A stretch of DNA of 64,000 bases from the IMG/VR virus record IMGVR_UViG_3300047558_000137, positions 186,001 to 250,000 of that record. One strand, written 5' to 3'. Below, piece by piece: positions 26,992 to 37,189 of the stretch (position 1 is the first letter of the stretch; each line of letters begins with the position of its first letter). A program made the translations under genes and the position numbers. A model generated the notes under the pieces. It searched no databases. It was not told where the DNA came from and saw nothing but the letters and a program-made list of their open reading frames with translations.

Positions 26992-28224
26992 ATGTTCTCC
27001 TTAGATAAGTTTTATAATATTCTTCACAATAATTTGATTGCACCATTACATCATACAGGCAGATCAGTTTATTTTTATCCATTTGGTACCTATAACACTA
27101 CTGTTCAGTTACATGATAAGTTCGAAACACCCTGTGATCAAGTTGAAACTAGAACTCTATATGCTGAAAAATCATCATTGCAATGTTATTTCTTTGATCA
27201 AGAACCTCTATACAATTATACATTACCTATACTTAAAAATACACTATTATTTCCTACATATCAAGCAAAAGTTTTTCCACGATACCTAGGTATACTTGCA
27301 AACAGTGAACATTCGGACATTAAAAATCAATGTCTCAGAGATAACAATTTACAAGATTGGTATTATTTTTATCACGGCTTTGCTGCGCTTGATTGGTTTA
27401 GAGATTTTCAGTATGTAAAGCCAAATAGCTTTAATCGAATTAACAAAGTATTTATATGTTACAACCATTTAATATCTAAATATAGATCTTATAGACTGCA
27501 CCTAGTAAGCAATTTAATAGAACAGGACCTTGTTAAGCATGGTAGTGTTAGTTTAAGCCTTTGTGATGAAAATGGAACTTGGCGAGATACTATTGAAAGC
27601 CCAACAAACCCATTAGATAGTCGTGCTAGGATCAAAATATACAATTCACTGAAACAACTTGATGGGCCGTTAATTGCAGATACCCCTAGCGTAAACGGAA
27701 CCTACAGTTCTAACTTAAATCTAGATCATTTAACTGATGCATTGTTCCATATAGTAACAGAAACCGTGTTCTATCAGAATAAATTACACCTAACAGAAAA
27801 GACATTTAAGCCTATTGTTGCCCAACGCCCATTTATACTTGCGGCTGCACCAGGAAATTTGGCATATCTACGTAGTTACGGATTTAAAACCTTTGATCGA
27901 TGGATAGACGAGAGTTACGATCAAGAAACAGACAACTACCTACGTATAGAAATGATAACTCAAGAAATTGCTCGACTATGCCAAATGTCTAAATCTGAGC
28001 TAGATGATATGTATCTAGATATGCAGGATACATTAACTTATAACTATCATCATTTTTACAACAAATTCAAAGAGATAATAGTCGACGAACTAGTAGATAA
28101 CTTCGACAGTATACTAACTAAATTCAATAATGGTAAACAACCTGGCAATCACAGCAAGTATCACCATCGATATGAGTTTGAACCTGGCTATTTAAATTCT
28201 GTTAAACAATTACTATTGAGCTAA
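26992..28224 (+). CDS. Putative glycosyltransferase-like phage protein
   Basis: HIVTETVF..LTEKTFKPI..YGFKTFDRWIDESYD; paralog of 21305-22357. Confidence 0.55.
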   Translation: MFSLDKFYNILHNNLIAPLHHTGRSVYFYPFGTYNTTVQLHDKFETPCDQVETRTLYAEKSSLQCYFFDQEPLYNYTLPILKNTLLFPTYQAKVFPRYLGILANSEHSDIKNQCLRDNNLQDWYYFYHGFAALDWFRDFQYVKPNSFNRINKVFICYNHLISKYRSYRLHLVSNLIEQDLVKHGSVSLSLCDENGTWRDTIESPTNPLDSRARIKIYNSLKQLDGPLIADTPSVNGTYSSNLNLDHLTDALFHIVTETVFYQNKLHLTEKTFKPIVAQRPFILAAAPGNLAYLRSYGFKTFDRWIDESYDQETDNYLRIEMITQEIARLCQMSKSELDDMYLDMQDTLTYNYHHFYNKFKEIIVDELVDNFDSILTKFNNGKQPGNHSKYHHRYEFEPGYLNSVKQLLLS

Positions 28225-28977
28225 GTCAACGTTTTTGTAAATAAACTCAGCTTCGGGTATACGTGTGCGCCCGTTTTTACTGCCTAGCACAACAACTCTA
28301 CGAAGTCCACGCTCAGTTTTAACAGTTAGAATAATACACCCACCGGCTGCATTAGTTGTGCCAGTCTTACTTACAACAAATTCGTGCTTATGTCCTATTA
28401 ATGGATTGGTCTGTTTAAAGATGAGCCACTTCTTTTTGTTTTTAATTTCAACTTTAGTTTTGTTAGAGGCACTAACAATTAAATAATTCTTTTCAGCAAG
28501 TTGTAATAATAGCAATAGGTCTTCGGCTGTGCTAGTATTACCTGGTAGCAGTCCTGTTGCGTCTACTAGAGTGGTATGTCGTAGTCCCCAACGATATGCA
28601 TTGGCATTCATATCACCAATACAGTTACCGTATCCGCCACGATAATTGCGACATAATAGATCTGCGGCATGATTATCACTACGCACTAACGCCATTTCAA
28701 TTAAATCTTGGCGAGTAACCATTAGGCTATTGTTATAACGTATATACTGATTTAAATCTTGCTTTGCATCCATCACTGTTAACACAGTGAATATCTTGGT
28801 AATGGAAGCAATTGGTCTAACAGTGTCTGTGTCCTTGCTGCCCAATACTCGATTGTTCTCGTCTGCAACGAGCCAGCTTCTGGCTGTAAGGTCATCAGTG
28901 TCGTCAATAGTTGCGGCAGGTTTTGCCCAGCAATTGAGGCCGGCAAGTAATGCCAGAACAAGTATAATTTTAGCCAT
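28213..28977 (-). CDS. Peptidase S11 D-Ala-D-Ala carboxy/endopeptidase (PbpG-like)
   Basis: Signal peptide; SxxK (SITK), SDN and KTG motifs. Confidence 0.88.
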   Translation of the reverse strand: MAKIILVLALLAGLNCWAKPAATIDDTDDLTARSWLVADENNRVLGSKDTDTVRPIASITKIFTVLTVMDAKQDLNQYIRYNNSLMVTRQDLIEMALVRSDNHAADLLCRNYRGGYGNCIGDMNANAYRWGLRHTTLVDATGLLPGNTSTAEDLLLLLQLAEKNYLIVSASNKTKVEIKNKKKWLIFKQTNPLIGHKHEFVVSKTGTTNAAGGCIILTVKTERGLRRVVVLGSKNGRTRIPEAEFIYKNVDLAQ

Positions 28978-29021
28978 ATGTCGCAATATTCTTCTAGTAA
29001 CATTAGTTATTTAACCATATG

Positions 29022-29330
29022 TTAAAGACTTAGATTGGGTTTGGGATATCGATATCTAACTTCTGTGCCAACGCTGATAACACAGGCGGCTTCATGATCT
29101 ACTTCGGCAATGGTAAATGACCCAGTTTCTTTGTTAATGTAAACTGAAGTAACAACACCCGCAACTCCTGATGTTTTGCCAATGATCATTGGTTCTTCGC
29201 CATACTTTTCTTTAATCTGCTTTAGAAAAGTCTTTGTATCAAAACACACGATAGGCTTTTCGGCCCTTATAGCATCAGCATGTGCTGCCGTTGAAAGAAC
29301 AAATAGAATCGATACAAGTAATTTAGACAT
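29022..29330 (-). CDS. Secreted hypothetical protein
   Basis: Signal peptide; KPIVC..YGEEP..ETGSFT..ACVISVG. Confidence 0.65.
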   Translation of the reverse strand: MSKLLVSILFVLSTAAHADAIRAEKPIVCFDTKTFLKQIKEKYGEEPMIIGKTSGVAGVVTSVYINKETGSFTIAEVDHEAACVISVGTEVRYRYPKPNLSL

Positions 29331-29341
29331 AAAGTACTTAG

Positions 29342-29482
29342 TCATTCAATCATTGACATTATTTTAATGATGCCAACTACTACAGCTAACACAACCATAA
29401 GTGCCAACGTAGAAAAGCTAATTGCGGCAAATGCTGCAACTGCCAAACTAGAGGCCAACAGTTCTCTCCACCATTTTTTCAT
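29342..29482 (-). CDS. Small membrane peptide (46 aa)
   Basis: Manual translation MKKWWRELLASSLAVAAFAAISFSTLALMVVLAVVVGIIKIMSMIE. Confidence 0.5.
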   Translation of the reverse strand: MKKWWRELLASSLAVAAFAAISFSTLALMVVLAVVVGIIKIMSMIE

Positions 29483-30264
29483 TATCGTCCAGTCCAAACT
29501 TTTGGTTTAGCTTCTTCCTGGCGCTGTTGTTCTGTCTTGGGTATCCAGCCAGTGCCAAGGTGAGGATATTTCTCTATCCTATCTTCGACTATCAGAGCCA
29601 GTGCCAACCCAACTGTTGCCGCAACTAGTATTGATCCTATACCAATCCCAACCTCTACCATGTAGAGATTTAACATATCTCTTCTTCTTCGTTCTTTTGC
29701 TGCGTTTTCACGCATCTGTTTGGCAATTAACTGCTGTTGTTCTTTGCCCATAACTTCCATCATATCCGACACTTCGGTGTATAAGGCACCTAGTTCAGGC
29801 GGACTTTGATAAATCATTACTTCACGTAGTTCTTTACCCATTTCTTCTAATTGCTTACGCATTAGAATACGTTGTAGGGCACGTTTACCTAGGCTTGCAT
29901 CACCAGTGTATACTTCTGTTTTAGCACGGCGTTCTTCTTCGTCGAATATGGCAACACACTTGTAATAGTTGTCGTAATACTCGCCTAGCTTTTCGCCAAT
30001 TTCTTTATAGATATCAGTATGTTCGCCGCTGTTGGCTTTTTTGTTTAGCTCAACAATTTTGTTGCGCTCTTGAACATACTGATTGCGCTGTTCTACTGTA
30101 GCAGGTTTCTCGGGAGGATGTAGCTTTTTAAATTGGTCGTCGAGATCCTTGAGGACTTCTTTCACTTCCCCAGCAGCACCCTTTATGTCTTTATAAAGTT
30201 TGCACCCTTCTTTAACGAGCTTTACAGCGCCGTTAGCAAGGGCAAACAGCGTTAATGGATCCAT
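29482..30264 (-). CDS. Helical protein with a C-terminal transmembrane segment
   Basis: MDPLTLFALA N-terminus, coiled coil, C-terminal hydrophobic helix. Confidence 0.7.
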   Translation of the reverse strand: MDPLTLFALANGAVKLVKEGCKLYKDIKGAAGEVKEVLKDLDDQFKKLHPPEKPATVEQRNQYVQERNKIVELNKKANSGEHTDIYKEIGEKLGEYYDNYYKCVAIFDEEERRAKTEVYTGDASLGKRALQRILMRKQLEEMGKELREVMIYQSPPELGALYTEVSDMMEVMGKEQQQLIAKQMRENAAKERRRRDMLNLYMVEVGIGIGSILVAATVGLALALIVEDRIEKYPHLGTGWIPKTEQQRQEEAKPKVWTGR

Positions 30265-30355
30265 AGGTTTTCAGCCCATTCCTCTCTTATTATATTTAAG
30301 GAAATGGGCTGAAAAATTATCGCTGCGTTTAAGTTATACTAAATAAAACCCCAGA

Positions 30356-31123
30356 TTACTTGCCAGCTAATGGGTTATCCATAGCCTTTTGTATCTTTTG
30401 GTCTACTTCACGCTGTAGTTGCTTTACTGTTTGATCCATTTCTTTGCTGTTCTTGCGTAGATCTTGTTGTACTTCACGAACAGCCAAATCGGCTTCACGA
30501 GCGTTTTGTTTGCTACTACGCTCAACACTTTCAACTACACCTTCTAATCGACGAATATCACTCTTTAGGTCGTTCTTAATATCTTGTGTATATTGAACTG
30601 ACTTTTCAGAATTCTGTTCGGCGATTTCTACTTTCTTGTAGATTTCACTTAGGTCTGGAGCAACATACATAGCAATCTTCTTCTTCATGTCCATGTAGTC
30701 TTTGTAGACTTCAAAGGAACCATAAAGTCCGCCAAGGGCAGATGATATGATAGTACCTACAATCATTAACTTAGCAGGAGTAAAGCTGTAGCCTGCTATG
30801 GTCCATACAGTGTTCTTATCTGTTAGCTTTTGAAGTTTTTCAACTTCGGCGTTAACATCTACTGTACCTGCAGGCATTGCTGGCTTGGCGGATGTCTTAG
30901 CGACTGGTTTTGCACCTTTCTTAGACTTGGCACCTGCTTTACCTTTAGCTGGTTTCTTGCTGCCTTTACGTGCTAATGCACCTGCTGCCGCGGCTCCAGC
31001 AAGACCGGCTAACGCACCAGCATTAGATCCTTCATCTTCGGATTCTTCAGTATCTTCTTCTGACTCATCTAGTTCTTCAGATTCGTCTAGTTCTTCGTCT
31101 TCTGGTTTATTTTCTTCTGACAT
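30356..31123 (-). CDS. Membrane coiled-coil protein with an acidic/basic low-complexity N-terminus
   Basis: EDEELDES repeats, a transmembrane segment, a coiled coil and a DNPLA end. Confidence 0.7.
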   Translation of the reverse strand: MSEENKPEDEELDESEELDESEEDTEESEDEGSNAGALAGLAGAAAAGALARKGSKKPAKGKAGAKSKKGAKPVAKTSAKPAMPAGTVDVNAEVEKLQKLTDKNTVWTIAGYSFTPAKLMIVGTIISSALGGLYGSFEVYKDYMDMKKKIAMYVAPDLSEIYKKVEIAEQNSEKSVQYTQDIKNDLKSDIRRLEGVVESVERSSKQNAREADLAVREVQQDLRKNSKEMDQTVKQLQREVDQKIQKAMDNPLAGK

Positions 31124-31124
31124 T

Positions 31125-33599
31125 TTAGTTTCCTAATTTATATTGGCTATCAACCATTTCTTGCCATTTTGCATCGCTGGCGCCGGACAGTCTTCGCTGG
31201 GCATTGCGATTATCGACGGTAGGTTTGTGATACTGGCGTGCTACTGCGTTCGCTAAAGTATCTGGTACGATTGAATTTTGATATGCCGAGAATCCTGGCA
31301 CGTACCCCATTAGGCCTACTACTAAACCTTGTGTTGCAGCCTGTGCTTCCATTGTGGTTGCGTTGGCACTTGCTGCTGCTGCATCTTTGGCGGCTGCTGC
31401 CGCATTACCACGGGCGGCTGCTTTGGCCACTGCACCTTCTGTTTTCTTTGCATCTGCTTTTGCTTCTGCACTAGGTTGTGGTGCAGGTGCAGGTGTTGTG
31501 GCTGCTGCGGTAGCTGCTGTGGTTGCACTGTTACTAGGAGGGTTAATTACACTAGTTACACTTGTTGGACTGGTTGTACTTGTGGTAGTAGGTGTACTCA
31601 CCGCCGAACTTACCACAGGATCACTGATTGCCACTGCGGCAGGATTGCTTATTACTGTAGCAGGAGATTCTGTAGTTATTGTTACAACCGATGTAGTTGT
31701 TGTCTTTGGTGTAGACAATATGTTCTTGGCTGCGTATGCTGTCGCATAGTTAGGACATGTTCTGTCATACAGTCCGTTTAGTTGACACTGTTGACTAAAA
31801 TAAGCCTGTTGGTAGTTAGGGCAACTAGTTGAATATAGTTGGCTAATGTTACATTGTTGTGTTAAGTATGCTGCCTGATATCCTGGGCAGTCACTCATAT
31901 ACAATGGATTGGCTGTACATTGCTGTGTATGATATGCTTGTGCGTACCCAACACAGTCTGTTGCGTACAACGGATTAATACTGCACTGCTGATTCTTATA
32001 GGCCACTGCATAACCAGGGCATTGGTTACTGTATAATGGATTGGCTGTACATTGCTGACTAAAGTATGCTTGCTGGTATCCCGGACAATCACTCATATAC
32101 AAAGCACTGATACTGCATTGCTGGTCATGATAGGCAACCGCATATCCAGTACATTGATTACTGTACAATGGACTAATGTTACATTGTTGTGTTAGGTAGG
32201 CCTGTGCATATCCAGTACAGTCACTCATATACAAAGGATTAAGACTGCATTGTTGATTATGGTAAGCTGTTGCATAACCGGGACATTGATTACTATATAA
32301 CGCACTAGCGGCACATTGTTGATTAAAATAGGCCAGCTGGTATCCGGGACAGGTTGTATCACTTAGTGGATTGTTTGTGCATTGTTGTGTAAATAATGCC
32401 TGTGCATATCCAGGACAACTTTGACTATATAGCTGATTGGCTGTACATTGCTGTGTTAGATAGGCAGACTGATATCCTGGGCAGTCACTTGCCCATAGTG
32501 GATTAATGTTACATTGTTGGTCATGATATGCCTGTTGGTACCCTGGACAGCTAGTACTACTCAATGGATTAACAGTACAAGGATCTGGTGTGTATTCAAA
32601 GTTACTCCAGACATTGTCAATACTTGCTACGCCAGTGGTTGATACAGAAAAACTCACACTACCCAACGTTGATAGGTTGCGACTTGCAGGAAATAGATAA
32701 CGATAACTAGGCGAACCAGATATGTTCTGTCCAGTGTGAGTATGACTATTTGAATACAACGAATTATTGGCACTATCAGTTAGTCCAACATTTAATGTAA
32801 CGCTACTATTAGTCCACCCCCAGCATCCTAAGAACTGCCAACCAGAACAATATTGTCCTCCCACACTGTAATCATATCCATAATTAAATGCGTGGATCAT
32901 TACATTGGCGCCACTAAGACCCAATGCTTGATTAATAGCATAACTCTGTCCAACAACATTACTTAAAATGTTACTGCTAGTCTGTACGGTGCTATAATTT
33001 GGGCAAGTTGGACTATATGCAGGATTAGTAACACAAGGATCAACTCTGTAGTTCAAACTCATGCCTACATTACGAACTTCTGGCCCAAAGTATCCAGCCC
33101 AAAATCCGCTGTCCTTACTGTTAAAGGATATACTTAAATTCCCTACGCCACTTAGGTTAGCCGGATTGGTTAATGTTTGTGTACCAGTAAATGTAGTCCA
33201 ATCAAACTTTGTATTGTGTGTCGTGGTGTTAGTTAATAGGGTAGCGCCAGTGTTACTAGTCATCTTAGTAACCACAGTCATAGTGTCCACACTGCCTTGT
33301 CTGTTATCGCCGTTCATGTTACGCAGATCGTAGGTATAGTTATACCCATCTACCTGTACGCCAGACCCGCTTAATGCGTTATTAATTGCTGTAGTCTTAG
33401 AGGCAGTGGCTTGATTATAACTCCAGTTAACTGTGCCGGTTGCAGTATCGTAAAGTAGAACAGAACCTGGCATACGATTAGCAGGTAAAGTGCCGTTGGT
33501 TACTCCGGTCCAGTTTGTCCCACTTAATACGTTGCTAGTTGTGTCTGCGTTAACTGCTGAAACAACTAGTGCCAGAATCAGCGCAATTAGTTGTTTCAT
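31125..33599 (-). CDS. Secreted protein with 13 tandem 22-aa Cys repeats
   Basis: Signal peptide; CxxNPLYxxxCPGYxxAYxxQQ repeats; Thr/Ala-rich linker. Confidence 0.8.
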   Translation of the reverse strand: MKQLIALILALVVSAVNADTTSNVLSGTNWTGVTNGTLPANRMPGSVLLYDTATGTVNWSYNQATASKTTAINNALSGSGVQVDGYNYTYDLRNMNGDNRQGSVDTMTVVTKMTSNTGATLLTNTTTHNTKFDWTTFTGTQTLTNPANLSGVGNLSISFNSKDSGFWAGYFGPEVRNVGMSLNYRVDPCVTNPAYSPTCPNYSTVQTSSNILSNVVGQSYAINQALGLSGANVMIHAFNYGYDYSVGGQYCSGWQFLGCWGWTNSSVTLNVGLTDSANNSLYSNSHTHTGQNISGSPSYRYLFPASRNLSTLGSVSFSVSTTGVASIDNVWSNFEYTPDPCTVNPLSSTSCPGYQQAYHDQQCNINPLWASDCPGYQSAYLTQQCTANQLYSQSCPGYAQALFTQQCTNNPLSDTTCPGYQLAYFNQQCAASALYSNQCPGYATAYHNQQCSLNPLYMSDCTGYAQAYLTQQCNISPLYSNQCTGYAVAYHDQQCSISALYMSDCPGYQQAYFSQQCTANPLYSNQCPGYAVAYKNQQCSINPLYATDCVGYAQAYHTQQCTANPLYMSDCPGYQAAYLTQQCNISQLYSTSCPNYQQAYFSQQCQLNGLYDRTCPNYATAYAAKNILSTPKTTTTSVVTITTESPATVISNPAAVAISDPVVSSAVSTPTTTSTTSPTSVTSVINPPSNSATTAATAAATTPAPAPQPSAEAKADAKKTEGAVAKAAARGNAAAAAKDAAAASANATTMEAQAATQGLVVGLMGYVPGFSAYQNSIVPDTLANAVARQYHKPTVDNRNAQRRLSGASDAKWQEMVDSQYKLGN
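31722..32579 (-). repeat. Coding tandem repeat, 13 x 66 bp (degenerate)
   Basis: Repeat units counted in the translation. Confidence 0.85.
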
Positions 33600-34081
33600 T
33601 TCTTCTCAATGACTACTTTCGGTGTACGGGCCGGGTTCGCTTCCCATACCGCTTTTGCTTCCGCACCGATCTTGCCATCAATGGGACAGGGCGTGCCTGC
33701 GTCCATCATAGCATCCCATACGCGGCGGTCTTGACACATAGTAGCAACTGCTGCCACTTTCATGCCCATGTCAAATAAGGTTTTGCTTAGTTTTAGTCGT
33801 TCACAGTTATAGTCGGTTGTAGTACCGCCCATACTGATACCTAGAATTTGTGTTTGTACTGCACCAGATGCTGCAACTGCACATACGTCATTATTAATAA
33901 CTGTAACTGCTGGCGCAATGGCACTAGGTGGTGGACTATGTACAGTGGTCTTACTGTCGCTAAAAGTCGTAGTTGTACTGTTTGAAGTTGATTGAGTGAT
34001 AATTGGGTCTGTTTGTGCAACCGCTGACCCAACGGCAAAAGCCATAACAATGGCCAATAATCTAGTCTTCGCTCCCTGCAT
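33596..34081 (-). CDS. Secreted conserved T4-like phage protein
   Basis: SPPPSAIAP..DVC..GAVQTQILGIS.G..D.NCERLKL..GMKVAAV..CQD.RV..AM..AGTPCP. Confidence 0.75.
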   Translation of the reverse strand: MQGAKTRLLAIVMAFAVGSAVAQTDPIITQSTSNSTTTTFSDSKTTVHSPPPSAIAPAVTVINNDVCAVAASGAVQTQILGISMGGTTTDYNCERLKLSKTLFDMGMKVAAVATMCQDRRVWDAMMDAGTPCPIDGKIGAEAKAVWEANPARTPKVVIEKK

Positions 34082-34162
34082 TTTCTCATCTCCTGTTATG
34101 GTTTTCTTATTATACTAACTAAGAAAAATGCGTATTAGTATTTACAATGAGTTTGTTCTAGA

Positions 34163-34345
34163 TTAAATGCTGCTATCTGTTGGGAAGGTAAACCAATGAC
34201 AACGTTGTAATACCTGTATTACTCTATCACCGGTGGTGTTGAATTTCTTGGCTGCGTATTCAACAAAGTAACTCCAGTCACGTACATAATGTTCATTACC
34301 TTGTTGCCATGCTTGGTAAACGTGCTGTAGTTGAGATTCTGTCAT
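34163..34345 (-). CDS. Hypothetical protein
   Basis: ATGA-coupled to the upstream small ORF. Confidence 0.55.
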   Translation of the reverse strand: MTESQLQHVYQAWQQGNEHYVRDWSYFVEYAAKKFNTTGDRVIQVLQRCHWFTFPTDSSI

Positions 34346-34470
34346 TTCTTTGATTTAGGTTTAACTGCTTCTTTTTGTTCTTTAAGAAGTTTTTGCGTTA
34401 ACGGACTAGTATGATGAGGTGTTTGTTTAGCGGGTTCTTTAACTCTAGGTCTGCGCTTAAACCAACTCAT
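34342..34470 (-). CDS. Small basic peptide (42 aa)
   Basis: Manual translation MSWFKRRPRVKEPAKQTPHHTSPLTQKLLKEQKEAVKPKSKK, with an AAGGAGG RBS and a late promoter. Confidence 0.6.
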   Translation of the reverse strand: MSWFKRRPRVKEPAKQTPHHTSPLTQKLLKEQKEAVKPKSKK

Positions 34471-34512
34471 ACTGCGTCCTCCTTTTAATATTTAAGAAGG
34501 CCGCAACAATGA

Positions 34513-34821
34513 TTATGTATTGTTAAATCTTTTTAGAATTTCTTCATAAAATGTGTCTAGTTCTCCGCCAAACTGTCCTTTAAGGTGTTCTGCAATATCA
34601 TTGCATAGTTTGCTGTCATTTTCTTTCATTGCCTTAACGAACCCTTCGTGTAGAGTTTTATAAGTTTCTAAACTAGCAAATCCATTAATACCTATTTTTT
34701 CTGGTGGAACAACACAGTATGTTGTAACGTCTTTATCCTCAACTTTGAAGGTTTCTAATTCAAGTACAGTATGTGTGCTACGCATCTGTTCTGCTACTTC
34801 TTGATTCCAAATAATCTGCAT
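34513..34821 (-). CDS. Hypothetical protein
   Basis: ORF coupled to guaC. Confidence 0.7.
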   Translation of the reverse strand: MQIIWNQEVAEQMRSTHTVLELETFKVEDKDVTTYCVVPPEKIGINGFASLETYKTLHEGFVKAMKENDSKLCNDIAEHLKGQFGGELDTFYEEILKRFNNT

Positions 34822-35915
34822 TAGACACTTCCAAACACGTTATTAATTTGTTGCGTTACACGAACAAAAGTTGTTCGTTTGCTTAATTCTTTAAGACTAC
34901 GTGCGCCCACGTATGTGCAGGTACTGCGTAGGCCTCCGAGAATATCTAGCACAGTATTGTCTACAGGACCACGATATGGCACACGAACTGTTTTGCCTTC
35001 GCTACTGCGATGATGTGCAACACCACCGCTGTGCTTGTTCATAGCTGTGTCGCTGCTCATGCCGTAGAACTCAACAAACTTTTTATATTCAAAAGTATCT
35101 GCCCAATCTCTATTTAAATTTATTTTATGTTGACGACCAGTGTTTACTCGTTCTTCAATGATTGTTCCACCACCTTCATCATGTCCGGCTAGCATACCAC
35201 CAAGCATTACAAAGTCAGCGCCGGCACCAAAGGCTTTAGCAACATCTCCAGGACAGGTGCAGCCTCCATCGGCAATAATATGACCACCAAGGCCATGAGC
35301 AGCGTCAGCACATTCAATAATAGCACTAAGCTGAGGATATCCCACACCAGTTTGTCTTCTGGTAGTACAGACCGAACCTGGGCCAATCCCAACTTTAACA
35401 ATGTCAATACCATTTAGAATTAACTCCTCTGTGATTTCTGGTGTTACTACGTTACCTGCAATCAGTGTAACGTTTGATCCTACTTCTGTACGCAACCGTT
35501 CAATAAAACGTTGAAAGGCTGCTGTGTAACCGTTCGCCACATCAATGCAGACAAACTTAATAGCAGGATATGCTGTTAGAATATATTTTAATTGTTGTAG
35601 TTCTTCTGGATTAATACCAATGCTAGGAACAATATAATCTTTAAACCCAGGCTTGGCATCTATCCAATCATTCAATGACACCTGCTTGGTAACGGTAGTT
35701 AACATACCATGCTGGCTCAAGGCTTGATGCATAGCAAATGTACCAACTCCGTCCATGTTAGCAGCCATGATAGGAATACCAGTCCATGACTGTTGGCTGT
35801 TACGGAATGTGTAGGTTCTTTTTAGATCTACTTCTTTGCGACTGTTTAGTGTGCTACGCTTGGGTACAAATAATACGTCTTTAAAATCTAACTTGGTGTC
35901 TTGAATAATTCTCAT
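34821..35915 (-). CDS. guaC: GMP reductase
   Basis: [48 protein letters not shown]. Confidence 0.95.
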   Translation of the reverse strand: MRIIQDTKLDFKDVLFVPKRSTLNSRKEVDLKRTYTFRNSQQSWTGIPIMAANMDGVGTFAMHQALSQHGMLTTVTKQVSLNDWIDAKPGFKDYIVPSIGINPEELQQLKYILTAYPAIKFVCIDVANGYTAAFQRFIERLRTEVGSNVTLIAGNVVTPEITEELILNGIDIVKVGIGPGSVCTTRRQTGVGYPQLSAIIECADAAHGLGGHIIADGGCTCPGDVAKAFGAGADFVMLGGMLAGHDEGGGTIIEERVNTGRQHKINLNRDWADTFEYKKFVEFYGMSSDTAMNKHSGGVAHHRSSEGKTVRVPYRGPVDNTVLDILGGLRSTCTYVGARSLKELSKRTTFVRVTQQINNVFGSV

Positions 35916-36442
35916 CTTTTAGTAATACCTAATCTATTATATATAGTCTGCACCGCAACAGCTTGACTAACACAATCCTCTAACGCATTGTGTAGCCCGG
36001 CTTTATTCTTTTCTCTAGGATCACCATGCACCTTAAACAGTGTACGGCTATCGCTTATTTGCCAAAACTGCCATGGTGTGGGCCAGCCATATTGGCGATA
36101 CAAGTTTTCTAGAATAGCAATGTCAAACACGGGACCTTGTACCCAAATATTATTTACGCCTACTAGAAACCTGTTTAATTCTTTATACATCTGTTCAATG
36201 CTACAGCGGTCTTCGGTGCCCAATGCTTCTTCGCGCACATCTTCTGCCTGTTGCATCCACCATTGCAGTGTTTCTTCTTGCACTTCACGCCCGGCAGCAA
36301 TCTGTTCATCTGCATCTGGACGTAGGTAAAGGCCCGGGCCTGGGTCAGCCAATGAATATGGATCAAACTTAACTGCACCTAGAGTTAGGATAACACAACC
36401 AGGTCGTGTGCCCAACGTTTCAAGGTCCAACATTACATCCAT
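35912..36442 (-). CDS. DEDDh 3'-5' exonuclease (Rv2179c/ExoVIII-like)
   Basis: [25 protein letters not shown]. Confidence 0.85.
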   Translation of the reverse strand: MDVMLDLETLGTRPGCVILTLGAVKFDPYSLADPGPGLYLRPDADEQIAAGREVQEETLQWWMQQAEDVREEALGTEDRCSIEQMYKELNRFLVGVNNIWVQGPVFDIAILENLYRQYGWPTPWQFWQISDSRTLFKVHGDPREKNKAGLHNALEDCVSQAVAVQTIYNRLGITKR

Positions 36443-36921
36443 TATTTTTCCTGTTTAAGTATCTTCATTGTTTCAGCTTCGACTACACGTTTACGTAGTC
36501 CGCTACTAGAGAATGAATGATCTCTACTGTTAAAGATATGTTCGATGCCACGATCAAATCCTTCTATTCGACCTGAGAAATCTCGATCTTGGTACTCTAT
36601 ACCCAGAATCCGTACATCGACTGGAAGGATGAGTAAGAGGTCAATGAGATCTTGTTCCGTGGAGTAAACCACGACTTCATCAACATATCGACACGCAGCC
36701 AGTTGTATCTGACGCTCCACAATACTCTGTACAGGTTTGTTCTTGGTGTCCGGTCTATCGATTGTTGGATCTGTTTGTAATCCGCAGATGAGATAGTCGC
36801 AGTGATTTTTAGCTTCTGACAACATAGCAACGTGTCCAGCATGTAGCATATCGAACGTACTAAATGTGATGCCAATGCGCTTACCTTCTGCTTTTAGTTT
36901 TTTGATGTGATTAAATATCAT
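36442..36921 (-). CDS. Cytidylyltransferase (TagD-like)
   Basis: TFDMLHAGH HxGH motif; RDHSFSSSGLR. Confidence 0.85.
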   Translation of the reverse strand: MIFNHIKKLKAEGKRIGITFSTFDMLHAGHVAMLSEAKNHCDYLICGLQTDPTIDRPDTKNKPVQSIVERQIQLAACRYVDEVVVYSTEQDLIDLLLILPVDVRILGIEYQDRDFSGRIEGFDRGIEHIFNSRDHSFSSSGLRKRVVEAETMKILKQEK

Positions 36922-37189
36922 CTTCTGTAATCTCTGCTAGTTCGTCAATACCTTCGCCAGTGGTGTGTTGATAAGTTTTGTCTCCAACTACCCAAGTGTC
37001 TGTCCAAAAACGTTGACTGTTGGTTGATTCTGGTGGAGGTAGTAAGAGCAACATAGTTTCAACTTGTTTGCGTTCTTCGCCTTCTAAGATTCTTGTAGTT
37101 TTGAGTAAACCTAGACTCTTCAGAAACGCACGGGCTTCTTCGGGAGTCTTTGGTGCCGCCGCCTTAATCCATTCCAGTGATCTGCTCAT
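36911..37189 (-). CDS. Hypothetical protein
   Basis: ORF in the operon. Confidence 0.65.
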   Translation of the reverse strand: MSRSLEWIKAAAPKTPEEARAFLKSLGLLKTTRILEGEERKQVETMLLLLPPPESTNSQRFWTDTWVVGDKTYQHTTGEGIDELAEITEDDI

